Shown here one piece after another: positions 10,606-19,755 of a DNA stretch of 59,696 nucleotides. Origin of the DNA: Nitrososphaerota archaeon (GTDB taxonomy: Archaea; Thermoproteota; Nitrososphaeria; Nitrososphaerales; Nitrosopumilaceae); NCBI GenBank assembly GCA_032127635.1, contig JAQBHN010000037.1:1-59696 (forward strand), written 5' to 3'. The notes under the pieces were generated by a model. That model was given only the letters and a program-made list of their open reading frames with translations. It ran no database searches and was not told the DNA's origin. The number at the start of each line of letters is the position of its first letter. The stretch's first letter is position 1. The position numbers and the translations under genes were made by a program.

Positions 10606-11397
10606 ATTAGCAAAATCAGGGATTTAGTTTTTAAATTATCAGGCCTCTACAAGATATACGGTAAAAGATTAGAAAGTGAAATTCAAAACGGAGACATTCC
10701 AAATCATGTCGCCGTAATTTTAGACGGCAACAGAAGGTGGGCAAAAAGGCACCTATCAATTCCAAAAAAAGGCCATTGGAAAGGAGCTGATGCGGTGGAA
10801 AACCTTCTTGACTGGTGTGAGGAATTTGATATTAAAATTGTCACACTCTATGCCCTTTCGGCAGAAAATCTCGAAAGAGAGGATGAGGAATTAGAGTACC
10901 TCTATGAATTAATCCAGATGAGACTGGAGAAGCTATTGAACGACCCAAGAATTCACAGGTGCAAAATGAGAGTGAAGGGAATAGGAAGAATAGAGCTTCT
11001 CCCAGAATCCATTAAAGAAGTTTTGAGACAGCTAGATGACGCTACAAAGAATTACAGCAATCATTTTCTAAATATTGCGCTCGCATATGGGGGGCAGGAC
11101 GAACTAGTAGACGCAGTGAAAAAAATAGGGAGTAAAATAAAAGACGGCTCTCTCAACGTAGAGGACATTGACAAAAAAGAGATCGAGTTAAATCTTTACA
11201 CATCACATCTGCCACAATCGTCACCAGACATGGTGTTAAGGACCTCAGGGGAGAAGAGATTGAGCGGGTTTTTGATGTGGCAAAGTGCCTATAGCGAATT
11301 AATATTCATGGATATTTTTTGGCCTGAATTTAGAAAAATAGATTTAATGAGAGCTATTAGAACATATCAAGTGAGGAAGAGGAGGCTAGGAAAATGA
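10606..11397 (+). CDS. uppS: cis-prenyltransferase (polyprenyl diphosphate synthase); start codon non-canonical or uncertain
   Basis: In-frame PNHVAVILDGNRRWA lies upstream of the track's GTG at 10795; also YALSAEN and RTSGEKRLSGF; frame open from TGA at 10597-10599; ATT at 10606 follows GGTGAT. Confidence 0.9.
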   Translation: MSKIRDLVFKLSGLYKIYGKRLESEIQNGDIPNHVAVILDGNRRWAKRHLSIPKKGHWKGADAVENLLDWCEEFDIKIVTLYALSAENLEREDEELEYLYELIQMRLEKLLNDPRIHRCKMRVKGIGRIELLPESIKEVLRQLDDATKNYSNHFLNIALAYGGQDELVDAVKKIGSKIKDGSLNVEDIDKKEIELNLYTSHLPQSSPDMVLRTSGEKRLSGFLMWQSAYSELIFMDIFWPEFRKIDLMRAIRTYQVRKRRLGK

Positions 11398-11819
11398 TTG
11401 AGGAGACATCTGCAGGGATTGTGCTGTTTAGAAAAGAGGAATCCAAAAATTTGTTTTTGCTTTTACATTACCCTTCAGGGCATTGGGACTTTGTAAAAGG
11501 CAAAATGGAGAAAGGGGAGTCAATCCATGAAACAGCCATAAGAGAAACAAAAGAAGAGACAGGAATCACGGATGTGGCATTTTTAGATAATTTTGAAGAG
11601 TGGATCCAATATAATTTTCAATATCAAGGTGAGCTAGTCAATAAGAAAGTGGTGTTTTTCCTGGCTGAAACAAATACTAAAGATGTGGAAATTTCTCATG
11701 AACATTCAGATTACGTATGGGTGGATTATAACACCGCAATGGAAAAAACCACCTTTGACAATGCAAAGACTGTTTTAACAAAAGCACAAATGTTACTTTC
11801 CAAAACTCTGCAGCTGTAA
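11394..11819 (+). CDS. NUDIX hydrolase, Ap4A hydrolase-like
   Basis: HWDFVKGKMEKGESIHETAIRETKEETG Nudix box; SHEH. Confidence 0.9.
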   Translation: MIEETSAGIVLFRKEESKNLFLLLHYPSGHWDFVKGKMEKGESIHETAIRETKEETGITDVAFLDNFEEWIQYNFQYQGELVNKKVVFFLAETNTKDVEISHEHSDYVWVDYNTAMEKTTFDNAKTVLTKAQMLLSKTLQL

Positions 11820-12533
11820 TTCTTTTGCAGATTGTATCGGATTTTTAGAATTCAAAATTGTCCTGCCCACAATCAGATAGTTTGTTCCAGATGAAATTAC
11901 TTCGCTTGCACTACCGCCCTGAGTACCTACGCCAGGAGAAAAGATGCTCAAATCTTTTCCTGCTTTTTTAGAACAGTACTGAATAATTTTTGGAAATGTA
12001 GCTCCCACCACAATTCCGTCAACCTTTGCGGCAAGGGCCCAATTCAGAAACAACTCGTACAATTGTTGCTTTTTTCCCATTTTGATTTCCATATCATATG
12101 ACAGTTTAGCCTCAGGCGCGCTCATATGACACAGTGTAATCACCCCCTTTCCATTTTTGTGAGCAGATTGTACCAAATTTTTTAGGCTGTCAAGACCCAT
12201 AATCGGATTTGCAATCACTGCGTCAAACCCTAAATTCCATAAATGCTCAGCAGTCACCCTATTTGTATTTCCAATATCGTTGAGTTTGATGTCAGCTATA
12301 GTTTGCAATCCATACTTGTGGGCCGCTTCGTTGATTTTTAGAATTTCTTTGCCGCTCAGTGGAAGAAGCAGATGGAAATTTAGTTTGATTCCACACAGAA
12401 ATGGATGCAATTGCTTTATGTTTTGAATTGTTTTTGATTCTAAATCTTTTACAGAAAAATCATAATCGTTGGCAAGAATGACTCTGCCATTAATTTTTGA
12501 GATCTGGGAAAGTCTAGTTTTGAAGGTGGCCAT
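11793..12533 (-). CDS. pyrF: Orotidine-5'-phosphate decarboxylase
   Basis: ADIKLNDIGNT, SPGVGTQGG, IVGRTI. Confidence 0.93.
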   Translation of the reverse strand: MATFKTRLSQISKINGRVILANDYDFSVKDLESKTIQNIKQLHPFLCGIKLNFHLLLPLSGKEILKINEAAHKYGLQTIADIKLNDIGNTNRVTAEHLWNLGFDAVIANPIMGLDSLKNLVQSAHKNGKGVITLCHMSAPEAKLSYDMEIKMGKKQQLYELFLNWALAAKVDGIVVGATFPKIIQYCSKKAGKDLSIFSPGVGTQGGSASEVISSGTNYLIVGRTILNSKNPIQSAKELQLQSFGK

Positions 12534-13194
12534 AATCTACTAGTGGATGAGTGTCTTTTAATTTTATTATTTTGATATAAGAATAACCGTGTTCCGAAGG
12601 ATTTTCTACGAATACAGGTTGGGTGCCATCCACTGTAGAGAATTTCAAAAAGGGTTTTTGCGGATCTGAATCCAGCACGACATGGCAAAAATACGATGTT
12701 CCCTCGTCATTAAAATTCATGAAAACGCCAATTAGCCATTTATCATTATGAGGAAACAAGAATAATGGAAATGGGATTTCCTCCATGCCCCAGGTGAGTT
12801 TTGCCAGACTTGACATGTCTTCCAATTCGATAGGCTGATACCTGTCAAGCGTGCCATTCCCAGGTTGCAGTGTTTTAGGCAGTGATTTTATTCTGACAAT
12901 TGGGGAATAAAGCTTGCTGGCGTCAGAAGTGGTATCGACAATTTTAGATTCTTCTTTTCCTCCCTTTAATCCATAACAAAGGTAGTGACCATGGTTTTCC
13001 AGATGCGTGTAGTATACAATCGGTTTTTCTTTCAAAACATCCATTTGCACAGATAAAATTTTCTTTCCAAGGTAATCGTGTAAAAATGAAACACGTGGGG
13101 CACGTTCTAATGCGCAAACGAGTCGAGTAAATTCCAAAGTGGAATGAACTTGAATGTAGCGTGGTAACTTATCAGTAATTTGTAACTTTTCCAC
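12514..13194 (-). CDS. Hypothetical protein
   Basis: 226-aa ORF between purA and pyrF on the same strand, GTG start. Confidence 0.78.
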   Translation of the reverse strand: MEKLQITDKLPRYIQVHSTLEFTRLVCALERAPRVSFLHDYLGKKILSVQMDVLKEKPIVYYTHLENHGHYLCYGLKGGKEESKIVDTTSDASKLYSPIVRIKSLPKTLQPGNGTLDRYQPIELEDMSSLAKLTWGMEEIPFPLFLFPHNDKWLIGVFMNFNDEGTSYFCHVVLDSDPQKPFLKFSTVDGTQPVFVENPSEHGYSYIKIIKLKDTHPLVDYGHLQN

Positions 13195-13243
13195 AGGGAT
13201 TAGCTGTTTGTTATCAAATTAAACTTATCCAAAATAAAGGAGC

Positions 13244-14245
13244 CTAGCTTCTTCTATCAATGACATCGTTGACATCTGGACCGGTCCCAATAATTGTAAC
13301 AGGCGTGTTTAATTCTTTTTCAATATTTGCGATGAAGGATTTTGCATCGTCAGACAATTCATCGTAAGAAGTTTTTCCTGCACAGTCAGTAAAGAGCACG
13401 TCTAATTTTGTTATTGAAATCTGTGTTGCGCCATTGAGCATGATTGCACGCCTGGCTAAATCAAAATCAAAATCTGCAGCCCTTCTTTGGCGACCAGTGA
13501 CTGTGCCAAATTCAGACCAACCTTTCTTCTCTGCATCTTCAAGAGAAAGTTCTTTGTCAAGAGGTCCCGTTCCAACACGCGTAACATATGATTTGAAAAC
13601 GACGATTACCTCATCAACCCTAGTGGGTCCAAGACCGACATCGGCGCAAATCCCAGAGGCAGTGACATCTTTGGAGGTAACAAACGGATATGTCCCATGC
13701 CATAGTGAAAGAAACGTTCCTTGCGTACCCTCTACCAGGACATTTTCGTTTGCGTCAAGTGCGGAATTAATCTCCAAAGGAACATCCACGATTAATGAAG
13801 ATAGAGAATCGAAATCTTTTGCCAGTTTTAAAACCCTCATAGCACGGTCAGCGTTGGCAGGGCCAGTGCCCGAACCAGTACTACCAATTTTTTCTTTTAA
13901 TTCCCCTTTTGAGTCTCTGACCAGATGAGTCTCTTCAATGATTCCACAGTGTTTGTCAATAAATGCACGCCCTGTGACATCAAAATCTTGAATTTCCTTG
14001 TTGAGAACGTCAGGATTGATTACAACTCCAGGTCCAATCATCACTTTGGCATTTTTATTTAGAAATCCGCTCGGGAGCATTCTTACTTTATACACTTTGT
14101 CGCCATCTCTAATTGTATGACCAGCGTTTGGGCCAGCACCGCCACGTACGATTATTTTTGGATTATCTTTAATTGCCAAATATGAGATGATCTTTCCTTT
14201 ACCTTCATCACCAAAAAATCCGCCAACAACTACAGTGGATGTCAT
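13244..14245 (-). CDS. purA: Adenylosuccinate synthetase (short archaeal type)
   Basis: FGDEGKGK, GPNAGHT, IGSTGSG, EGTQG, GTVTGRQRR. Confidence 0.96.
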   Translation of the reverse strand: MTSTVVVGGFFGDEGKGKIISYLAIKDNPKIIVRGGAGPNAGHTIRDGDKVYKVRMLPSGFLNKNAKVMIGPGVVINPDVLNKEIQDFDVTGRAFIDKHCGIIEETHLVRDSKGELKEKIGSTGSGTGPANADRAMRVLKLAKDFDSLSSLIVDVPLEINSALDANENVLVEGTQGTFLSLWHGTYPFVTSKDVTASGICADVGLGPTRVDEVIVVFKSYVTRVGTGPLDKELSLEDAEKKGWSEFGTVTGRQRRAADFDFDLARRAIMLNGATQISITKLDVLFTDCAGKTSYDELSDDAKSFIANIEKELNTPVTIIGTGPDVNDVIDRRS

Positions 14246-14324
14246 ATTGCTAAACTTCAATTTCGTTTATTTAAGCTAAAGTATTTTCCATGATTTTATA
14301 TTCAACAGTGATTCGTTTAGATCG

Positions 14325-14786
14325 ATGGTAGGCGAAAATTTTGCAGGAAATATAATCATCAACTTGGCAAATTTGCCAGATTTTCTAAGAAATCCAATTT
14401 TGAAAAAGAGAATGATAGAATTCTTTTCATTGCCGGATTCTGAAAAAATGGAAGTTATCAACAATGCGCTAGAAGCTGGCCCCACCATTCCTTTTCCCAA
14501 CTTTGCAAAACTTTTCAAAACATGGCTCAAAATTTTAACAACATTGTCTGAAGAACAAAGGGAGGGATTGTTTTCAGCATATATCACAGAGATTGCACGG
14601 TCGCCGCAAAAACTGATTGAATTCAATGTTGACGGGATTCTGGAGATATTTTTGACATTGGAAGAAAATGAAAGAGAAATTCTTGCAATTACAATCAAAA
14701 AAATAATCAATAATCTGGATGAAAATTCAAAAAGACGAATTTTGATAGTTGTACCAGAAAATGCTAAAAAGCACTTAAAATTTTAG
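14325..14786 (+). CDS. Hypothetical helical protein
   Basis: 153-aa ORF, ATG start, divergent from purA. Confidence 0.78.
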   Translation: MVGENFAGNIIINLANLPDFLRNPILKKRMIEFFSLPDSEKMEVINNALEAGPTIPFPNFAKLFKTWLKILTTLSEEQREGLFSAYITEIARSPQKLIEFNVDGILEIFLTLEENEREILAITIKKIINNLDENSKRRILIVVPENAKKHLKF

Positions 14787-15064
14787 GCGCCTGGTCGTTC
14801 TTCAGGTTTTCTGTTATCTTCATTGGTATAATCAATTATCTCCCCTTCTGGAGACAAAACACCCACAAATATCTTCTCATGTTTTTTCAATAATTTTCTG
14901 TGATCCAGCATAGACATGTCAAGCTTCATCTCATTCATCACCATGATTTGGTATTCTTTCCACTCAGCCCAACATTTGTTACATGTAGGGTATTTTGCTG
15001 CGACAACTCCCAGTTCTTCGCCATCAGGAATAGGATTCTTACATTTTGTGCAAGTACGACTCAT
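14783..15064 (-). CDS. YggX-like Fe(II)-trafficking protein with CxxC pairs
   Basis: MSRTCTKC...CWAEWKEYQIMVMNEMKLDM...HRKLL matches the YggX pattern; ATG at 15064. Confidence 0.75.
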   Translation of the reverse strand: MSRTCTKCKNPIPDGEELGVVAAKYPTCNKCWAEWKEYQIMVMNEMKLDMSMLDHRKLLKKHEKIFVGVLSPEGEIIDYTNEDNRKPEERPGA

Positions 15065-15142
15065 AAATATTAAGAATAACGGACTCCTTTTATCTTTTAT
15101 TGAATGTAAAACAATAATAATTATCAAAGAGACGTAAGGGGC

Positions 15143-15352
15143 ATGAAGATAAAATGCCCAAAATGTAAAGAAAATGCGGAATTGGCAATGGATTATTCTG
15201 AAGTAAAATGCGGTTCTTGTGATTTGGATATGAGCTATGGAGAATATGTAAAATTTGTGGCCCATAATGAACCAAAATATTCAGATATTTTAGGAGATTA
15301 TGCAAGCAGCACTGAAGGGCAGACGGCAGGTTCTTTGGATGAATGGGATTAA
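15143..15352 (+). CDS. Small Zn-ribbon protein
   Basis: CPKC...CGSC. Confidence 0.75.
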   Translation: MKIKCPKCKENAELAMDYSEVKCGSCDLDMSYGEYVKFVAHNEPKYSDILGDYASSTEGQTAGSLDEWD

Positions 15353-15412
15353 CAAGATAGTGTAATCATTCATCAGATTAAAATAATTAGCTAAACGTAA
15401 TTCTATTCATCA

Positions 15413-16051
15413 TTGGAATTCTTATTAGAAAATATTCTCAACATGGTAGGATTTTTGGTAGGACTTGCAATAGGAATAATGTCACATATTGGATTTAGAA
15501 ATACAGGAAGTCCAACATTATTTAGATTGTCGATAGCATTTTTCTCAATTAGCGCAGGGTTTTTTATCATATGGTCCGGATACATGTTGGAAGATTTTGT
15601 AACAAAAACAGGAAGCATTGAAAGATGGATTCAGACTTTGGGAATTGCAATTCAAACAGTAGGGTATTTTTTTATCGCATTTTCACACAGCATAAAATCA
15701 TTTTTTCCAAAATCCAGTTATTTTAGATCAGTCGGAATAATACCATTGTTTCTGGTCTCCTCTGTTCAGCTAGAGCACATTTTCCGATCTGTCTCATTTA
15801 TTTTGTTAGCATATGGCGCGATTGAAACAATGTTATCGTACTTTGAAAACAGGAACAAGGGGGCAATTTCAGTTGCTGTAGGATTAGGACTTTTAGCATT
15901 GGGGGAATTTGTAGGATGGTACTCATTTGTATTCCCAGAATCAATCCTATATCCGGTATCAATGATAATCAAAATCGGGGGATTGGTTGCATTATTCATT
16001 CCAGTAAGCAAGGTACCATTAACCAAAATGAAATTTGATGATTTGGAATGA
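15413..16051 (+). CDS. Multi-pass membrane protein
   Basis: About 6-7 hydrophobic segments; TTG start. Confidence 0.8.
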   Translation: MEFLLENILNMVGFLVGLAIGIMSHIGFRNTGSPTLFRLSIAFFSISAGFFIIWSGYMLEDFVTKTGSIERWIQTLGIAIQTVGYFFIAFSHSIKSFFPKSSYFRSVGIIPLFLVSSVQLEHIFRSVSFILLAYGAIETMLSYFENRNKGAISVAVGLGLLALGEFVGWYSFVFPESILYPVSMIIKIGGLVALFIPVSKVPLTKMKFDDLE

Positions 16052-16171
16052 TTGTCGGTCAGGCTCAAAATTCAGATGAATTTGGAATTTGTCAAATTCT
16101 TTTATCTTTTTAGTATATTGAAAAATATCAGCGCTCTCTCATAGAAATTTGAATAACCGTCAATAGACAAA

Positions 16172-16459
16172 ATGGCCGAATACCGAACACACATGAAAAT
16201 CATTGGGGACATACTGGCAACAACAAGGGATGACCTGCAAGATGAAGACGGTGCATCAGTTACTTATCTGATTAGAAAGGCAAACATTTCACATTCCAGA
16301 ATTTCAACAATACTGAAAACGTTGGTATCGCAAGGACTGTTGGAGAAAGTAGACAATCAAGGTTTTAACAAATATAAAATTAGCCAGCCAGGAAGAGAGT
16401 TCTTACAAGCATATTACACATTTACAAACTTTGCAGACAATTTTGGATTAAGCATCTAG
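16172..16459 (+). CDS. Winged-HTH transcriptional regulator (archaeal small wHTH)
   Basis: YRTHMKIIGDIL...LIRKANISHSR...YKISQPGREFL. Confidence 0.88.
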   Translation: MAEYRTHMKIIGDILATTRDDLQDEDGASVTYLIRKANISHSRISTILKTLVSQGLLEKVDNQGFNKYKISQPGREFLQAYYTFTNFADNFGLSI

Positions 16460-16539
16460 TCATTTGCTTTATCGGATTCATCTAAATTGTCATCAAAATC
16501 ATCTTCAAAATCATTGTCTTCGTAATCTTCAGACGACAT
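16456..16539 (-). CDS. Putative acidic micropeptide (27 aa), not in ORF track
   Basis: MSSEDYEDNDFEDDFDDNLDESDKAND; TTTTTAAC about 25 nt upstream; stop overlaps the wHTH stop (CTAG). Confidence 0.5.
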   Translation of the reverse strand: MSSEDYEDNDFEDDFDDNLDESDKAND

Positions 16540-16617
16540 ACTTTCCAAAGTAGGTATGAACTGTTAAAAATGTACTCAAATGTAAATGATAATTAAAGAA
16601 AAAAACAAGGAAAAGTA

Positions 16618-17214
16618 TTGAAAGTAAGTTGTGACAAGGAAGGGATTGAGAAAGCTTCTAAAATAATCAGCCATGGAGGAATTGTGATTTTTCCTACAGA
16701 TACTGTTTATGGCATAGGATGTGATCCATACAATAAAGCGTCAGTAGAAAAAATCTACAAAATAAAATCCAGAGACATTATAAAATCGGTTCCGATTTTA
16801 ACATATTCTGCAGAGGCAGCTGAAAGAATAGCCCAGTTTGATCAACTTGCTAAAAAAATCGTCAAGAAGTTTTGGCCCGGCCCACTAACATTAATTCTAA
16901 AAGTTACAGATGAAAAAATAAAAAGATCCCTGAATCTAGAAAACAAAATTGCCGTCAGGGTTCCCAATCACAGGTGCACGTTGGAATTATTAAAAAAATG
17001 CAATTATCTTGTTGGTACCAGTGCAAACATTTCTGGAGATCTGCCACATACAAATCCAGAAGAATGTTTGGAAAAAATGCAAAATTACGATGTTTTTGTG
17101 GACGGCGGCATAATTACAAGTAATGGAGAATCGACAATCATCGAAATAGAAAATGAAGAAGTCAAAATTATCCGGGAAGGTTCTTTAACTAAAGAAGAAA
17201 TTTTACAATCATGA
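16618..17214 (+). CDS. sua5: L-threonylcarbamoyladenylate synthase (Sua5/YrdC)
   Basis: FPTDTVYG, KIKSR, FWPGPLT, AVRVP, TSANISG. Confidence 0.94.
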   Translation: MKVSCDKEGIEKASKIISHGGIVIFPTDTVYGIGCDPYNKASVEKIYKIKSRDIIKSVPILTYSAEAAERIAQFDQLAKKIVKKFWPGPLTLILKVTDEKIKRSLNLENKIAVRVPNHRCTLELLKKCNYLVGTSANISGDLPHTNPEECLEKMQNYDVFVDGGIITSNGESTIIEIENEEVKIIREGSLTKEEILQS

Positions 17215-17732
17215 ATCTCATAATTACTTGTCCCAGGCATTTTGAACCAGAAACGGAGGGCGAATTAATCGACATTTTGGAAGAACTTGGAGATTCTGAC
17301 GCTAAAATTACAATTACAAGCATGTCAGGAATTCTAACAGCAGAAACAAAACTTGATCCAGTAGAAACTGTAAGAAAAATCAAAGAAATGCTTCTTGATG
17401 AACCATGGAGTGTCAGATATTGCAAAAGGATCATACCGATACAAAAAGTCATTGAATCAAAAATTGAAGAAATAGAAAAAAGTGTCGAAGAGATGTCCAA
17501 TCAAATTTTAGATGAGGAAACGTATAGAATATCAGTTGAAAAAAGAAATTCAGAGTTATCAAGTAAAGAGATAATCACAAAAATAGCAAATAAAATAAAA
17601 AACAAAGTATCACTTGAATTTCCAGATAAAGTTCTATTGATTGAAATCCTAGGCAATAAAACAGGAGTGTCTATTCTAAAAAAATCAGACATACTAAGTA
17701 CAGAAAAGACAAAACGAAGTATGTCAGAGTAA
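17211..17732 (+). CDS. THUMP-domain RNA-binding protein
   Basis: YRISVEKR...KVSLEFPDKVLLIEILG; ATGA overlap with sua5. Confidence 0.88.
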   Translation: MNLIITCPRHFEPETEGELIDILEELGDSDAKITITSMSGILTAETKLDPVETVRKIKEMLLDEPWSVRYCKRIIPIQKVIESKIEEIEKSVEEMSNQILDEETYRISVEKRNSELSSKEIITKIANKIKNKVSLEFPDKVLLIEILGNKTGVSILKKSDILSTEKTKRSMSE

Positions 17733-18497
17733 TACTGCAGCTTTCTCAATCAACAGATCAGCCAGAGGGTTTTTAGAATAGATCGAATCAGTGTGCCTCT
17801 TTGTTATTTTGAAATGTTTTTTTAAATACATCTCATTGTTTTTTGAGAAGATATTTGTAGAAATTGGCATCAATTCAAGGTACATGGAGTGTAGAGTTTT
17901 TCTATTTCCCATAGCAATGATGAAAAAATTAATTCCAGATTTCATTCCAACGGTCCTTATCGCATCTGAAATTTGTTTAGTTAAAGCAAATCGCATCAAA
18001 ATATCAGTTTCAAGTTTATTTGAAAGCAAAATATTATTTTTTTGGGATTCAATTGATAGCGAAATGATTTTTTTCAAATGGTAGTTATTTAAAACAAAAT
18101 CACACGACACAGCCTGAAGTGCCAGTCCAGGGTATTTTTTTCTGAGATCGTCAATGAATTTTACATCGATTGACTTTTGACCTTTAATCTCCAGGACTTG
18201 TATTAGTTTTTTAGAATATTCAAAAGTAATTTTTTTGGACAAACCGCCATGAATGACAGGGATTATACTTACAACATCATTGTCTTTTATTTCTGTGGAT
18301 TTTCCATCCATGGCAGAGGAATCAGCCCCGTTGACTGCGATTAAAACATTGTCAGTATCAAGTTCAGGAGTATCCAGAGGTTTTAGTTCCAAGAGCAAAG
18401 CGATTAGTTCCTGAATCGTTACATTTGACTTGTCAATTTTTAAAAGTTCCATTGGAAAAGACTTTTTCGCACCGCCGACAAATTTTACAGTGAACAT
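17724..18497 (-). CDS. cgi121: Fusion of a ubiquitin-like (ThiS/MoaD/Urm1) domain and KEOPS subunit Cgi121
   Basis: aa1-85 VKFVGG...LIAVNG...DVVSIIPVIHGG (beta-grasp domain with GG); C-terminal NKLETDILMRFALTKQISDAI..G Cgi121 signature. Confidence 0.85.
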   Translation of the reverse strand: MFTVKFVGGAKKSFPMELLKIDKSNVTIQELIALLLELKPLDTPELDTDNVLIAVNGADSSAMDGKSTEIKDNDVVSIIPVIHGGLSKKITFEYSKKLIQVLEIKGQKSIDVKFIDDLRKKYPGLALQAVSCDFVLNNYHLKKIISLSIESQKNNILLSNKLETDILMRFALTKQISDAIRTVGMKSGINFFIIAMGNRKTLHSMYLELMPISTNIFSKNNEMYLKKHFKITKRHTDSIYSKNPLADLLIEKAAVLL

Positions 18498-18535
18498 ATC
18501 TATCTAATTAAAATTGAGAAATGGTATTTAATTTA

Positions 18536-18871
18536 TTATTCAGTTTCGTCTTCTGCAGTTTCGTCCTCGTCTTCTACAGTTTCGTCCTCGTCTTCTGCAG
18601 TTTCGTCCTCGTCTTGACCAAGTTCTACGTCAGATCGTTTTTCAAATTGTTGTTCAGATTTTGATGCTTCGATTCGGGCTTGTTTCTCTTTGGCCTCACG
18701 GATTTCTTTTTTGATGAATTTTGTGATATAGCCTGCAATTTTATTTTTCAAGCTTTTAGAACGCACAATGGAAACTTCGTTCAGGGCTTTTTTATTATCA
18801 GCAAAATCTGAACCAAATTTTGCTTTGTGATCTACAAGAACTTCATATGAAAGTCGCTTTATTCTATCCAC
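18536..18871 (-). CDS. rps17e: 30S ribosomal protein S17e with acidic C-terminal extension
   Basis: RIKRLS...FGSDFADNKK...SKSLKNKIAGYIT. Confidence 0.92.
   Translation of the reverse strand: MDRIKRLSYEVLVDHKAKFGSDFADNKKALNEVSIVRSKSLKNKIAGYITKFIKKEIREAKEKQARIEASKSEQQFEKRSDVELGQDEDETAEDEDETVEDEDETAEDETE
18541..18615. repeat. 21-bp tandem repeat (~3 copies plus a partial) encoding EDEDET(A/V) in the rps17e tail
   Basis: CAGTTTCGTCCTCGTCTT at 18556, 18577 and 18598; partial copy at 18541. Confidence 0.9.
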
Positions 18872-18903
18872 TATGCGTCTAAAACAAGTGGGGTATTTTA
18901 TAC

Positions 18904-19659
18904 CTATATTCCAAGAAATGCATTTGAATTTACTTCTAGCAAATATGCCATTTCATCAAAAGATTTACCCAAAATTTTCGAAGCACAAAAAATTACACTA
19001 GGGATAAAGCTGACTTGCCCAGATTTCATTTCAAAACATCTGGAAAATCTTACCGGGCCGTCAGTTTCAACAAGTATTTGGGATTCGTCAGTTTTAGACA
19101 ATAAAGTTTGCTTGTCATTTGCATAGATTGCTACAGGCCCATAGGATACAAAAAATCCCATATCCATTGCTTTTTGAAGTTGTTTTTTGCTTCCATCAAA
19201 CCAATGTAACAGCGCATGTTTTGTATCATATGAAGTCATGATTTCAAAAACATCGTCAAGGCTTTTTCTTGAATGGATTGATACGGGTTTGTTGAATTTT
19301 TCTGCAAAGGATAGCAGCGTTTCAAATACTTTACTTTGTTTTTTTGCATCCTCATCTTGCTTAACATATGTGGGATCCAATCCAATCTCCCCTATTCCAG
19401 AAATATGTTCATGGTGTTCTTCAATCAATTTAGAAATATTTTCAAGTTCTTCATTTGCACACTCAGGGTGAATTCCGATAAAAGGCAGTACCAAATTACT
19501 TTTTTTTGCAAGTTCCAAAGTTTGTAATGAGTTATCGTAATTCATGGAAACGCAGCACGCTTTGATTTTCAAACATTCCATTTGCTTTAAGATAAATTCC
19601 ATGTCAGAAACATATTCAGGATCTGACAAGTGTATATGAGAATCAAAATACCACGTCAT
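18904..19659 (-). CDS. tatD: TatD family hydrolase
   Basis: FDSHIH, GIHP, GEIGLD, SIHSR, LHWF, VETDGP; ATG at 19659 preferred. Confidence 0.92.
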   Translation of the reverse strand: MTWYFDSHIHLSDPEYVSDMEFILKQMECLKIKACCVSMNYDNSLQTLELAKKSNLVLPFIGIHPECANEELENISKLIEEHHEHISGIGEIGLDPTYVKQDEDAKKQSKVFETLLSFAEKFNKPVSIHSRKSLDDVFEIMTSYDTKHALLHWFDGSKKQLQKAMDMGFFVSYGPVAIYANDKQTLLSKTDESQILVETDGPVRFSRCFEMKSGQVSFIPSVIFCASKILGKSFDEMAYLLEVNSNAFLGI

Positions 19660-19755
19660 TTCTTTGTCAATTGTTGAAATAGTCTGTATAAATCGATTCC
19701 TTAGTGATATTTTTTCACTCACTATCTTTTTTCGGAAAAAATTAAAAGAAAATCC

